Assembly: GCA_951406725.2 (NCBI GenBank)
Contig: OX597824.1
Coordinates: 64,914,001-64,978,000 of the forward strand
From: Octopus vulgaris
Lineage: Eukaryota
Reading direction: 5' to 3'
DNA length: 64,000 nucleotides
Below the pieces are notes generated by a model that saw only the letters and a program-made list of their open reading frames with translations, was not told the DNA's origin and did no database searches. Both the position numbers and the translations under genes were made by a program. Below are positions 27,489 to 40,955 of the stretch, one piece after another; the first letter of the stretch is position 1; each line of letters starts with the position of its first letter.

Positions 27489-27859
27489 GTCTATTCATGA
27501 GAGTACAGCTGTGTTTCTATGCTTATGTGTCTATGTCTGCGTATAGATAGCAAAAAAAGAATCATCACATTTATAGGAGTTTATAGATATTATTGTAATA
27601 AGAAAACATAGTAGAAGCAAAATGAAGAAAATACAAGTGGTTGTTGTAAAAGTCGACTGAAAAGCAATTTTTTTTTCTTTTTTGATAGTACTTTAAGTTA
27701 CAATGGCAATCGATAAGGAAGTCTTGTCTACTGAAAATACATCAGTCTGATTACTTCAAGCACCGTTAGAATTTTCATATGATTTTCTCATTTGATGATA
27801 TAACATTAGAAATGCTTTGCCCCACAAAACAATTGCAGGAGTCAGTGAAAGATATTGAC

Positions 27860-28054
27860 TTCAATTTTTAGCACAAGACCAGCAATTTTGGGAAAGTGGG
27901 TAAGCTAATTACATCGACCCCAGTGCTCAACTTGTACTTATTTTTATCGACCCCGAACGGATGAAAGGCAAAGTCGACCTCGGTGGAATTTGAACTCAGA
28001 ACGTAATGCCGCTAAGAATTTTGCCGGGCGTGCTAACGATTCTGCAAGCTCGCT
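27860..28054 (-). mobile_element. SINE family A
   Basis: ATCGACCCCGAACGGATGAAAGGCAAAGTCGACCTCGGTGGAATTTGAACTCAGAAC...GCTAACGATTCTGCAAGCTCGC. Confidence 0.9.
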
Positions 28055-28447
28055 GGTTAAAAATATTGTAAACTGATGGTGCCTTTTTGCGTTCCTAGAT
28101 AGTAAGAACATATCTGGTCAGAGTGGTGCCACTGCCATCTCTTCCGAGCCTACCCTTCAGAATATAGACAGTTAACGCAGTTTTGGTGGAACTGTTATTG
28201 AACACATTATAATTATGCTATGAGAATATTGAAACTTCATGAAATAAATTTAAACTTGAAATAAATTTAACAGTTACCACCTACACCACCATCCCTAACA
28301 TCAGTATTACTATCATTACCATCATCACTATTACCACTACTATCGCCGCCACCACTATGCTACAAAACCTCTGAGGAACATTGTATGTTAAATCTACTCC
28401 AGTATATTAAGTCCACTGGGACAAATGTAACGGGAAAAGATCTTTGT

Positions 28448-28870
28448 CTCTGTGTGGTAAGTAGCTTGCTTCCCAACCACATGGCTCCGGATTCAGTCCC
28501 ACTGCGTGATATCTTGGGCACGTGTCTTCTACCATAGCCTCGGACCGACTAAATCCTTGTGAGTGGATTTGGTAGACGAAAAGTGAAAGAAGCTCGTCGT
28601 ATATGCATGTGTGTGTGTGTGTGTGACTGTGTGTATGTGTGTGTGACTGTCTTTGTGTATGTGTGTGTCCACCACCACCGCTCGACCACCGGTGTTGGTG
28701 CGTTTACGTACTCGTAACTTAGCGTTTCGGCAAAAGTGACCGATAGAATAAGGACCAAGCCTTAAATAAAATGAGTACTGGAGTCGATTCATTCGACTAA
28801 AAATTCTTCAAGGCGGTGCTTCAGCATGACCGCAACCTAATGAGTGAAACAAGTAAAAGATAAAAGATGA
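28448..28870 (+). mobile_element. SINE family B
   Basis: CTGTGTGGTAAGTAGCTTGC head, internal (GT)n, tail GCGGTGCTTCAGCATGACCGCA...GAAACAAGTAAAAGA. Confidence 0.9.
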
Positions 28871-29259
28871 AAAAATTTTTAAAAAATTATAAAAGAATAG
28901 AACAGTTTTCGAATGCGATTATGATGAATTAAGTTACAAGCAAAAACTGTTACCCGTTGATCTGAGTTTAATATGATGTGCTATATTACTGCAGCAGTTT
29001 TTTTTTTTTATAAAGTAAGTGAGTACTATTGTTGTACAATATTTACACCAGTTTAGTTTAAATTTTACATAATAATGCATATGTAAAAGAGAAACGATCA
29101 CGGAATCGGTTCCAATATTGTGTTAATTAAAACAGTTTTTATGAAGAAAGTGTTGTCATTGAACCAACTCCTGCATGATAAATTAAGTTTTCCTTTTTTA
29201 TAAATGCTAGCGGCCCTTTAAACATTTTTTTAAGTCAGCTGATGCAGCCGCATAAAAGC

Positions 29260-29512
29260 CATTCTTCTTGTCTTGAGACAGCATTCGCCCGGGGTGGGTT
29301 GAACTGGTTTTATTCATCCTCAATGCTGCATCTCTCACAAACGCCGACCAGACCTGGCGATTTGAGGCTAACGACCACGTGATCTCCAACCACTCCTTAT
29401 TCCAGCGGCGAACGCCGTATATATGGAGGCCTAGGTTGGGTTCCAGATCAGCCTTGACTGTCATCAGCCAGGTTTTTCGTTGTCCACCACATTGCTTTCG
29501 CCAACCCTGAAA
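29260..29512 (-). mobile_element. RTE-clade LINE 3' end
   Basis: GWRKQCGGQRKTWLMTVKADLE...WNKEWL...ASNRQVWSAFVRDA, a typical RTE C-terminus, then a short CAAGA-type tail. Confidence 0.8.
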
Positions 29513-29514
29513 CA

Positions 29515-29960
29515 TAAAAACAATGTAATATCTGCAGTAAATACGAACTTACAAGTCACATTTCGCTATTTCCACCTCGTTAACTATCATCTACGTCAGA
29601 ATGTTATTGGTTTTAAATTAACCGACACTCAGAGATATATGTCAGGTTTGAACAGAGAGCATAGATCTGGTGGTTTCAAGAGGTATCAGGGAAATAACAT
29701 GTCTCATATAAGTAGAAGTAGTCTCGATAAGGCCCATACTTACTACTTTGGAGAGTGCAGCTACTGTTTGCGTATCTCTGTGATAAAATGCACATATTGC
29801 AACAGCCCACTATATATCTTAATAAGAAAACTGACACAAACAGACCATTCTGTTAATTTTCAGTTATTTCTTGTTAATAAACGTTGCCTGAATTTTAACC
29901 GAAATTTAATTCCATCTAAATTTCTCCTTACTGAGACAAAAGGTTGTCTCCCATTTATTC
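29515..29960 (-). mobile_element. Possible very degraded Tc1/mariner-superfamily remnant
   Basis: Only weak motifs (LHSPK**VWALS; PDL-like). Confidence 0.3.
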
Positions 29961-30128
29961 ATTTCACTGCATGACATAAAAGTTTTCCTTGCAGTGAAAA
30001 TTAACCTTATATAGAAACCATAAATGCTTTATCAACTAGTATTTAAGTGTCCTAGCAATCGGCTGATTTTTTTTTTCTTTGTAGGGTGGATCTGTGAAAC
30101 TTTTAATAATACAAATTTGAGGAAAACA

Positions 30129-30175
<47 letters not shown>

Positions 30176-30431
30176 GATCATTATAGAGTCCTTATATAAT
30201 TTTTAATTTTAATTTTTTTATATTATTAAATTAATCTATAAAACTATTTTCAATTTTCATCGAAATTCAGATTTTGTTTGAAAAATCGAATATGCGTGAT
30301 ATTTCACGGTTACTGTTAATTTTTTTATAATCATATACATATGTAAATATATTTCGATATGTGTATATGTGTATACATATCTATACTCATATGTATAGAT
30401 AGATATATACACATATAAATGCATATACATA

Positions 30432-30463
<32 letters not shown>

Positions 30464-30502
30464 TTATTTATATATATATACATACATATGTATATATATA
30501 TA

Positions 30503-30533
<31 letters not shown>

Positions 30534-30570
30534 GTATGTATGTATATACGCATATTTATACATCATATAA

Positions 30571-30626
<56 letters not shown>

Positions 30627-30702
30627 ATATATATATGTATGTATATACGCATATTTATACATCATATAAATATTTTTTTCTTCCTTTTTCTTTTTTTTGC
30701 AG

Positions 30703-30834
30703 TTAATTGGACCGCAGTTTATTCTTGCAGTCAAGCCAACCATGAAAGATAAATGGACAATAGAAACTGAAGAAGCCTGGTCGGACTTTTTCAAGTATAT
30801 AACATCTATAATGAAAGAGGCAATGATATTTTGA
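30703..30834 (+). CDS. Globin (neuroglobin/globin X-like), terminal coding exon 3 (G7 to end of H helix)
   Basis: Strong acceptor ttcctttttcttttttttgcAG (30701-30702), phase 0. Translates [43 protein letters not shown] including the WT-x-E-x-EEAW H-helix motif; joins exon 2 in frame. Absent from the ORF track. Confidence 0.92.
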   Translation, partial: LIGPQFILAVKPTMKDKWTIETEEAWSDFFKYITSIMKEAMIF

Positions 30835-31399
30835 AAATTAACGAAGCGGATCTTTATGAATATTTTTTCATTCTTTTTTAATTATTGTATCATATTAACT
30901 GTATGTGTGTGTACACAACACAAGTCAAAATTAAATAGGAAAACATTAGTGTACTACAATATATGTATACTCTGCAGAATTCCCCAGAAAATGAATGATG
31001 GTGGGAGGAGTACTGTTTACATAGCAACATGATAAAACACAAATAACTTAAATTTGTTACAAAAAAAATTAAAATTTTATTAATTATGTGTGAATATAAC
31101 GGTCACAAAAATCAAATTCCGGCGGTGGCATCTGCACCAACCATATTGGCCTTCCATAATATAACAAGAAGCAACACACGCCAACATAACTTCGTCCAGA
31201 AGATGAGACTGCAAAGGTCTGAAGACGCCGATAATGGATATAGTAATTTTATGGTCTAAACGATCACCAAGGAACTTATACGGAAATATTTTTAAAAACT
31301 TGAGAAACAAAATAAAACCAGACCATAAATATGTTTTCAATACAACTCACGTAAACAAACATGTGTGTGTATGTATGTATGTATGTATGTATATGTATG

Positions 31400-31487
<88 letters not shown>

Positions 31488-31598
31488 ATGTATATATATA
31501 TATATGTATATATAGAGATAGAAAGATAGATAGATAGAGATAGATAAATAGATATAGATTTATATACAGACACATTTATATATATACATATATATATG

Positions 31599-31666
<68 letters not shown>

Positions 31667-31949
31667 TTGCGATTGCTTTTTGTTGCTACTGCGAATTTCA
31701 TGAATCCTCGCTAATCCTGAATTTCGTAATCTGCGAGACTTTGCGAAACTCGAAGTAGCAATAGGGAATAATCTCAATGCCATAATAAATAATTACATTG
31801 TACTTCTGTATTGGTCACTTCTTGTTTGTAAATTCAAATGTACGTACGTGTGTGTGTGTGTGTGTGTGTGTATGTTTCTGTGATGCATGTATCTGTTTCT
31901 GTGATGTATTGTGTGTCTCTATGGTGTTTATATATGCGTGAATACATAA

Positions 31950-32820
31950 AGTTTCCGCCAGTTATAATTAGGAAGCTTGTTACCCACATTAGTGCAGAAG
32001 TTCTGATGTGTCCTTGGACAAATAGCTTCTATAAAACAGTGCTCTTTTATAACAATGCCGCAGATATAAGTGGTTTCAATGAGAAACTACCTTATATGGA
32101 TAAGATCCTACCTACGGATGAGGAAGCTAATCTAGCTTAATCAGCCAGGCAATGTAGATGTTCCCACAAACATAGCTACGAATTTCCTAGCTTTAACAAG
32201 ACATTGTTTTCCACCTACGCACAACTAACGTAAACCCTTCGATTCACACAACGTTCAGGTCATCTATTCCTGACTGAATACATCAAATAATATAAATGAA
32301 AATACACATCCATAGAACCCTATTCCAAACTCATACTATCGAAATCCATCTACCTGTTTGCTAAAGGGGTCCTGAGTCTCTAAAGCAATCCCATCCCGAG
32401 CAACAATAACAACACCAACATGATATTGAAAATAATATTTTCAATACAAGTCTAACCGCAAACATTTTCAAAGACCGTTCTTATTAATATCTCCATTCAT
32501 TCAAATTAATGAACAAAAAAAATCACATCTCTGTCGAGCTGATGACCAGGAACTGGCATGCTCTCCAGTAATACGAACTATAGTTTAATCAGGTCGCTCC
32601 ATACTTGAACATGTCACGGAACTTTAGGATTTGCCTAAAAGAGAAATGTTCCAGATTCTGAAGCAACCTGCAATATCTCCTCATTAGAGAAAAAATATTC
32701 ATTTGCAGCCACTTCAGTAGAGTTCTCCTGGAAATTTTCCATCCGTCCAAAGGATTAAGTCTATAAAGAATCGATTTAGCACGATCTAGCCAGCTTCGTA
32801 GTATCATTCTCTTTATAGGT
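31950..32820 (-). mobile_element. Highly degraded LINE RT remnant
   Basis: Weak motif QVDGFR (cf. QxGFR) on the minus strand; multiple stops. Confidence 0.35.
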
Positions 32821-32824
32821 GTGC

Positions 32825-32857
<33 letters not shown>

Positions 32858-33279
32858 TGTATGTATGTATGTATGCATGTATGCATGTGTGTATGCATGT
32901 GTGTATGTGTGCATAAAGGCCACTAAGTAGACCAGTTTCACGTGGCCATTTTCGCCTCAATTTTTTCGTCGTCTTTCCTCCTCTCTTTCCACCACACCCA
33001 TATTTTTTTCTGCTCTATCCATATTTTCTCTCATCCATCCATATTCCGAAAAAGATCAATGTCCGAAAGGTCACTATTAATTCTCTCATTTTCCCTGTGC
33101 AACAAAATAATCTTTTTGATCGTGAACTTATCCCATTTTGTTTTTTTCTTTTTGTTCTCGTTCTCTCTCACTCTCTCTCTCACTGTATGTATGTATGTAT
33201 ATAAACGCACACATAAACACATATATATGGATGTATGTGTATGTAAACGTATGTATGTATATATGTATTTATGTATTAA

Positions 33280-33470
33280 TTGAACTGTACACTATTATGT
33301 ATCCATTACGCCCGATCTTACCAATCGGTTTCGCGCAAGGAGTTAAAGGGAGTGTTAGATAATAGCCCGATTATGTAACCCTGCGCTTTTCAGAGATGGT
33401 AATGATGGCAGAAAATATGGCGATTGCAGTCACCATATTTTCCGCGATAGCTGGGCAGTTGACATATCTA
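33280..33470 (-). mobile_element. Penelope-like terminal fragment with a hammerhead-like motif
   Basis: Minus strand ATCT-CTGAAAA-GCGCAGG...CCTTGCGC-GAAA-CCGATTGG-TA-AGAT; homologous to 8745-8870. Confidence 0.55.
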
Positions 33471-33513
33471 TATACATGCATATATACATACACACACATA
33501 TATATAAACATAT

Positions 33514-33557
<44 letters not shown>

Positions 33558-34117
33558 GTATATGTATATGTATATAAGCATACGGGCATATGTATGTAAA
33601 TACACACATACACACACAGACACGTGCACACGCACACACATATACAAGGGGATGCAGAAAAATCCCTGGATTTGGATAAAAGAAAATACATGGGGATCAG
33701 TTAATTATGATTTTACTCAACATATTTCTCTCTCACATTCACACACATTGCAGCGGTTCTTCAGTTTTTTTTTCTTTGCTTAGCCCTGTAAAAGAACTCG
33801 GAGGTTTGAACCTACAACCAGGCCTTTCGCAACACTCTTGAATCCAGGAACTTTTGAACACACCTCCCACCTCGTATATATGTATGCATCCATCTATGTA
33901 TATATAAAGTATATGTAATGCCACGCATATGGGTTTATGTGTGCATGTCTATAAATAAAATACTCCATGCTGATATTTATATTGGTGAGTTTATACTCGC
34001 AACTGCCGCCTTATAAAAAACTTGCAACGTAAGAAACGCTTGAATTAATTGCCCATTGAGATTTAATATAAGCATCGAAACGCATACTTTGTTTTAAATT
34101 CTTGAATAATCTACATA

Positions 34118-34315
34118 TCGTTAGCATGCTGGGGAAAATGCTTAACGGCATTTCGTCCGTCTTCACGTTCTGAGTTCAAATTCTGCCGAGGCCGACTTTT
34201 ACCTTTCATCTTTTCGAGATCCATAATGTAAGTACCATTTGAGCTCTGGGGCCGAGCACTGGAGTCGATATACGCCTGCCCGAAATTATTGACCTTGTAC
34301 CAAAATTGGAAACCA
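34118..34315 (+). mobile_element. SINE family A (diverged)
   Basis: TCGTTAGCATGCTGGGGAAAATGCTTAACGGCATTTCGTCC...GAGTTCAAATTCTGCCGAGG. Confidence 0.85.
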
Positions 34316-34317
34316 AT

Positions 34318-34480
<163 letters not shown>

Positions 34481-34484
34481 CCTC

Positions 34485-35850
34485 CCCCTCAGTTTAGTAT
34501 TAAGGAAGGCAAAGGCAGGGTATCAGTTCAGAAATAGTAAGGGAAAAATTGCCATTTGCTCTACATAGATGATTTGAAGTGTTTTGCCAAGAATGAAAGA
34601 GATAGATTCCTTAATACAGACTGTAAGACTCTTCAGCAAAGATATAGATATGGAATTTGGGATAGATAAGTGTGAAATATCAGTCATAAGAAGAGAACAG
34701 GTCGTCTACAGTGAAGGCATCCAATTGCCAGATGGCCAGACATTAAAATCATTGAAAGAAGGAGAGAGTTATAAATGTCCAGAAGTATTAGAATCTGACA
34801 GAGGACTAACTATAGAAGTAAAAACGAAAATTGAGGAGTACATCAGAAAAGTGAGGAAGTTAATAAAGTCAAAGCTAAATGGTTCGAATCTAGTGAAGGC
34901 TGTAAATACTTGGGTAGTATCATTACTTTGATACTCAGCAGCTTTTGTAGATTGGACAAAGCTAGACAAAAGAACTAGTGTCACAGCAAGACATAGGGAC
35001 ACCAAAAAACAAAGCGAAGTTAAAAACCAGAAAAAAGAACAAAAGTTATCTGAGTGGCAGGTAGATTCCCACAGATACTAGCAGTAAATAGCAGTAGTGA
35101 GACATGGTTATGGTTGTAGAAAAGAAGACAGAAAGTTTGTTAATAGCAGCACAAGATCAAGCATTAAGGACTAATTGGATAAAAACCAAGATAGACAAAA
35201 ACCAAGTCGATTCCCAATGTAGGTTATGCAAATTAAAAGAGTCAAGTGTTACTTGCTACATTCGCTTGCAAGCGAATGTAGCATGCTGGCACAGAAAGGA
35301 TACATGAAAAGACATAACAACCAAAGGAGAATCCACTGAGAGTTATGTAGAAAGCTAGTATTTGACCATACTGATAAATGGTATGAACATGAACCTGGTA
35401 AAGTATTAGAAAGTAAGAAATATAGGATGTTGTGGGACTTTAACATTCGGACAGACAGAGTAAGAGAAGTTAGAAGGCCTGATTTAGTAGTAGTAGATAA
35501 AGAGAACAGAAAGTGCCAGACAATTGACTTTACAGGCCCAAATAATGAAAACATTAGTATAAGATTTATAGAAAAAGTAGCAAAGTACCAGGACCACTGA
35601 GTTACAGACTATGGAAAGTGCGGGTAAAATTATCCTAGTAGTTATAGGTACGTTAGCAACTATCCCTAAAGATTTGAACAGATGGATAGAGGAAATAGGC
35701 ATAAAACCCAGTTTAGTACAGCTCCATAAAACAGTGCTATTAGGAACAGCTAGGATACTTAGGAGGGTTCTTGGCATCTAAGGCTACTTGTTGTAGCCCG
35801 ATGTTAGGAATTTTTGTTTTCCAACAGTCTAATCTGTTGTGTGTGAATCC
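34485..35850 (+). mobile_element. R4/Dong-type LINE 3' half: RT end, zinc knuckle and restriction-like endonuclease
   Basis: HLLYIDDLK, MEFGIDKC, LNGSNLVKAVNTW, TESLLIAAQDQALRTN, CRLC, LWDFNIRTD..RRPDLVVVDK, HKTVLLGTARILRRVL. Confidence 0.92.
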
Positions 35851-35854
35851 GCTG

Positions 35855-36612
35855 GTATGAGAAACGCCAACGTTTCTTTGAATAAAACAAACAGTTCAAC
35901 TCAAACCCCAAAAGATTCTACCAAGGACTTAATATATATATAAAATATAGATCAATGCAACTCCAACAGCAGAGGAAGTGGAAGAATTTTGGAAAGGAAT
36001 ATGGTCAGCGAAGGAACTATCTCAGAAAAGGAGCAACGAGCTCAGCACCTGAACAACTCTGGACCCCTATAACACTGAAGAGGTCACCCAGGCACTGCAA
36101 AAACTAAGCAACTGTAAGGCACCAGAGCACGACAAGATCTCCAACTTCTGGTTAAAATACCTAACAGGAACACATAAAAAGCTGACTGAGAAATTTAATC
36201 AAATACTAGTAGAGCCAAAGACAATGTCTGAATGGCTCACGGAAGGGAAAACTATCCTAATTCCCAAATCCACTGAAAAGGCAAACCCATAAAAATAAAA
36301 ATCGATAACTTGTCTCCCTACAATTTACAAAGCCTTTACTTCAATAATATCGCAGAGAATGAGCAAGTAACTGGAAGAAAACAACCTGTTTCCAGAAGAG
36401 CAGAAGGGATGCAGCAAGGGCTCATACGGCTGTAAAGATCAGCTACTGATCAATAAAGCCATAACTGAAGACAGCCGCAATGAGAAGAAGAGTTTAAGTA
36501 TAGCATAGATCGATTACCGAAAGGCTTTTGATAGTATTCCCATACATGGATCCTACAAACACTAGCCATGAACAAGGTAGCACCAATAATCATAAAATAT
36601 ATAAAACATTCC
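35855..36612 (+). mobile_element. Second R4/Dong-type LINE fragment (pre-RT region and RT N-terminus)
   Basis: NKQFNSNPKRFY, KAPEHDKISNFWLKYL, EWLTEGKTILIPK, ITCLPTIYK, EEQKGCSKGSYGCKDQLLIN, IDYRKAFDSIPHTWI. Confidence 0.9.
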
Positions 36613-36619
36613 AACTGTA

Positions 36620-37331
36620 GTTTCAATATCTACCGTTAGGCGTCGGTGTCATTCGTGATATCCGCGATTGTTTTGAATTCAGATTTGCTTACGTCTGTTT
36701 ATCAGCTGCTTTCTCGTTATGGGGGTTTGTCACGAAGCTTTTGCTCCTTATTATGTAATCCTTGAGGAAAAGAAGACAGTTCAATTTTTTAAGTGCATCG
36801 AACAACAAGAACAGCCAGATTTAGCTGTTGATACTAACGATCCACAGCCATCTACATCCGCGATGTAAACCACCAAATTGTATGTACGTATTGGTAAATT
36901 TTAAATAATTTTATTGTTTTTTTACAATTGCAAAATAATAATATTTACTGAATTTGTTTCGTAAGCTTTAAAAAGGCTTTTGTTTTACCATGTCCTATTG
37001 CAAACCGCATTCATAAATAAAGCGTCCACGATGTACGGTAAGCACCGCCAAATTGTATTCGTAAATTTAGATTACATTTTTTTACTGTACTGTATTAAAA
37101 AATGAAAATTATTTGTTTGTAAACTTAAAATAGGTTTTTATTAACCATGTATTATTGAAGATGCATTCATAAATAAAGTACCGGACTGGGAATAGTTATT
37201 ATCGGTTTAGAACAGAGACAAGTAAATTCGGCCTAGCCTAGCCTAGAGACAAGTTGATTCGACTTAAGTCGTTTTTCGACTTAAATCGTATCTCCTGGAA
37301 CCAATTAACGACCTAGGGTGAGGTATACCTG
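36620..37331 (+). mobile_element. Probable pogo/Tigger-like element 3' end with an internal ~165-bp diverged tandem duplication
   Basis: DPQPSTS-type C-terminus; two units ending CATTCATAAATAAAG (~37022, ~37179); terminus ...GGAACCAATTAACGACCTAGGGTGAGGTATACCTG|TA. Confidence 0.45.
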
Positions 37332-37403
37332 TACTTCGGAATCAATGAACAAGATACGATACAACACACACAAATGAAAGAGAAGATAAGAAAAGAGTAC
37401 AAA

Positions 37404-37742
37404 TTTCGCCGCAGTCGACTTCATCTTCCATCTTTTCTGGTTTAATGAAATAAGTACCAGTTGGCGATTATATCGACACAAGTGTTTACTTGTGTCGATA
37501 TAATCGTCAACCCCATTCCCCAAAACTTTCAGAACTTGTGCCTATCGTTAAAAGGCTGGCAGAATTATTAGCACGCCGGGCAAAATGTTTAGCAGCATTT
37601 CGTCCGTCTTTATGCTCTGAGTTCGAATTCTACCGAGGTAGACTTTGCCTTTCATCCTTTCGAACTGAGGGCTGTAGTCTATGTAATCGACTTCACCCCT
37701 CCTCCGAGCTTGCTGGCCTTGTGCCAAGCTTTGAAACCATTA
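37404..37742 (+). mobile_element. Two tandem diverged SINE family A copies
   Basis: GTCGACTT..AAATAAGTACCAG at ~37413-37460; GCTGGCAGAATTATTAGCACGCCGGGC head at ~37555. Confidence 0.8.
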
Positions 37743-38927
37743 TTATTATTATAAACTTGATTGTTAGATTTTTCATTTGTTTTGGCTTACACCCCATGGT
37801 ATACCATTTCTTAAGTCTCTCCAAGCCTTATTATACCTACATTTACACGTCGTTATTTGAGGGAAATTGGTAAAGCAGTTTTGTATAACAGAATGAAAGA
37901 CGTATTATTGCAAATGTGAGTTATTAACAGCTACATTATGATTTTTAATAATAGTAGTTCGTCTTGTTACAAAATACTTATAATTCGTGCAGTATTTCTG
38001 TCGACTATGATGTCGAATTTAATTCATGAAACACCCACATAATCACACTGCTTCGTACACAAACTACGAATATAGAAAAAGCATGAACTCACAAAATTAA
38101 TGGCTTTTAAAAGAGAAAATTTACAATTACAATATTAGGTTGAAATTATTGAAAAACTACAAGCCACTCACCAACAGTTGCAGAAGATACAGATTGTCTT
38201 TAGCGGAAAAGAAACCGATAATGAAGAGTATTCCCTTATACCTGAACTACACCTGAACTCAAAATCTGAGATTTTCTCCTTGCTTACTTAAGAGCAAATG
38301 TATTCTCAGTTGCTGGTCTTTAAGATTGTTGCTTTTGTTACTACCATCATTCAGTGTATTCCAATTCCATATGACCTCGGTCTCAAAGTACTGTCCTTCC
38401 TCCTGTTTCATTATTATATATCATTTCTTTCTTCCTTTCTTTCTAACCTTATCATTTTCGTTATTTCTCTTTCTTTCTTTCGCTCTCTTTGTCTACCCTA
38501 CATATCACAAATTACAAGCAATTCTCATTTCAGGGGACGTAATTTGTCAGATCTGACCCTTGCTCGTGCATCAGAAATAGTATTTTCTTGGCAGTGAAAA
38601 AAATCGTTTTATTTTTATTTTTCGGCATACGTAGTGTAAAGTTCCACACAGAAGCTGTTTCAGATTTAAATGGAGATGACTTACATGAAACTGATAGTTA
38701 CGTGATATATTGAGTTCATATGATCGTAATATGAAATTATTCATCCGTATTGAATTATTTTCATTCATGCACCATATTTGATCTCATGTGCACACACACA
38801 CAGATATATACGTGCATACATTCATATATGCACACAGACATATACACAAAGATGCACGCGGACACACACACACATACATACATATACATGTGTGTGTGTG
38901 CGTGCGTGCGTGTGTCTGTGTGTGTGT

Positions 38928-39000
<73 letters not shown>

Positions 39001-39294
39001 GCAAAAAGCAGAAAAGTATTAATTTTAAAACTTCCTTTTCATCTCACCGTGGTTTATCTTGGTACTGTTCAACTAAAGGGACCAAATGTATCCTTATAGA
39101 GAATTGACATATAAAAGTTAAACAAATAATTCAAGGTAACCACATTGAGGTGGAAAGGCAACTTTTTTTTATCTATGTTTTTCAGCTTTTCTGTTAAATA
39201 TGTTGATTTTAATGATCCTTTAACGAGTCTCTGATTACCGTGAACTTATTTTTCTATGTTTCTACCTCAATTCTCTATATGAATATATGCAGGC

Positions 39295-39599
<305 letters not shown>

Positions 39600-39739
39600 T
39601 GGCCGATCTATGGGGTTATCCAGGGTTTCACGGCCATAAAACGCTTAGCTGTACAGCGTTTCTTCAGACGCTAAAACCCGTTAGCCTCTCTAGCAAGTGG
39701 CTACTCAAGAAAATGGAAGAGGAAAAGACTTCGTTACTT

Positions 39740-40270
39740 AATACGGGATTGTCTCCCTTTGACTACTATTAACTGATGTACATCAACACAGCCTCCTGCT
39801 GCCCACCTATCATGTTCAAAATCTTAGTGAAGGATGTCAGAAAGAGGATCATGAACCTTTCTTGCAACCAAGAGATTTTTTATGCAACAGCTCCCTACTA
39901 TAACGAGGCACTAGCTGCTTGCAGGTTTTGGAGCCACATCTCTTACATGCCGGGCCCTAACACCTGCAAAAGGAAGCGCTGCAAAAGTATCATTTGGTTT
40001 TCCGCCTCTTTCTCACTCAACGTAAAAAACGTGTGTAGGTACGATATTCCTTGGTTAGTAGATAAACACTTCACATGTTCACATAAGTACGACGCATTTT
40101 CAACAGACACAACCTAAGGGTCCCTTAACTGTGCTTCCAATATTAAGAGCATTCTTGCTAACACCCACAGGCCACGAGCGGAGGTGGGATGTTCACGCAG
40201 GGACTACAACAGAAGCCCAGTTAGAGGACATTTCTAAACCTAAGGAGTCGTCCATGAAGTTGAGGTGGTC
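39740..40270 (+). mobile_element. Penelope-like element fragment (RT thumb/linker)
   Basis: KRIMNLSCNQEIFYATAPYYNEALAAC, RKRCKSIIWFSASFSLNVK, VDKHF; same motifs as the 43920-45790 copy. Confidence 0.8.
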
Positions 40271-40384
40271 GCCGACCCTAGTAGCAGCAGCAGTAGCTTT
40301 CCTAATTACTAAAACAGTAGCATGACTGACAGTGCCAATAGCAAAAGCAGAAACCCGAACAGAAATAGCAGCAGCACCATCGTC

Positions 40385-40955
40385 AGCGGTTAGCACTGGA
40401 TCGGAAGTACCAGATCTGTAGTGAACCGCGGATCTGTGGTTAGCGGTAAATCTGTAGTGAGTACTGGGTGTAACGTTATCATTGGTTTTGTCTTGAGTGC
40501 TTGATCTGCGGCGATCTCTGGATCTATAAAAGACTGCGTCTTCGAGGCAGTGAATCAGTGGTTAGTACTAGATCTGTAGTGAACACTGGATCTGTAGTTA
40601 ACGCAGGAGCTTGGGTAAGCATGAGAACTACGGTTACTTCGGATCTGTATTCTGCACTGATTCATGAGTTAACACTGGATTTGTAATCGTTGCTGGATCT
40701 GTGGTCAGCATTAGATCTGTAGTTAACACTGAATTCGTGGTTAGTATTGGACCTGCGCTTAGCACTAGCTCTGCAAAATACTCGATCTGTGGCTAGCAGT
40801 TGGTCTGTTGTTAGCACTGGATCTGTGGTTAGCGAAACACTGGGTTCGCGATTGGCAATACATTTCTGAAGCACTGGATCTGTACGGTCATTTTACATAC
40901 ACTGTATCTATGAAACACTGAGTGTGAATAGCGCTGGATCTGTGATTAACATTGG
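40385..40955. repeat. Diverged 18-bp minisatellite, consensus GTGGTTAGCACTGGATCT
   Basis: Roughly 30 imperfect units with recurring GGATCTGT. Confidence 0.9.

Noticed and set aside
40385-40955. CRISPR-like array
   Set aside because: Contiguous tandem units without unique spacers, eukaryotic context, no cas genes; the same applies to 58410-58865.
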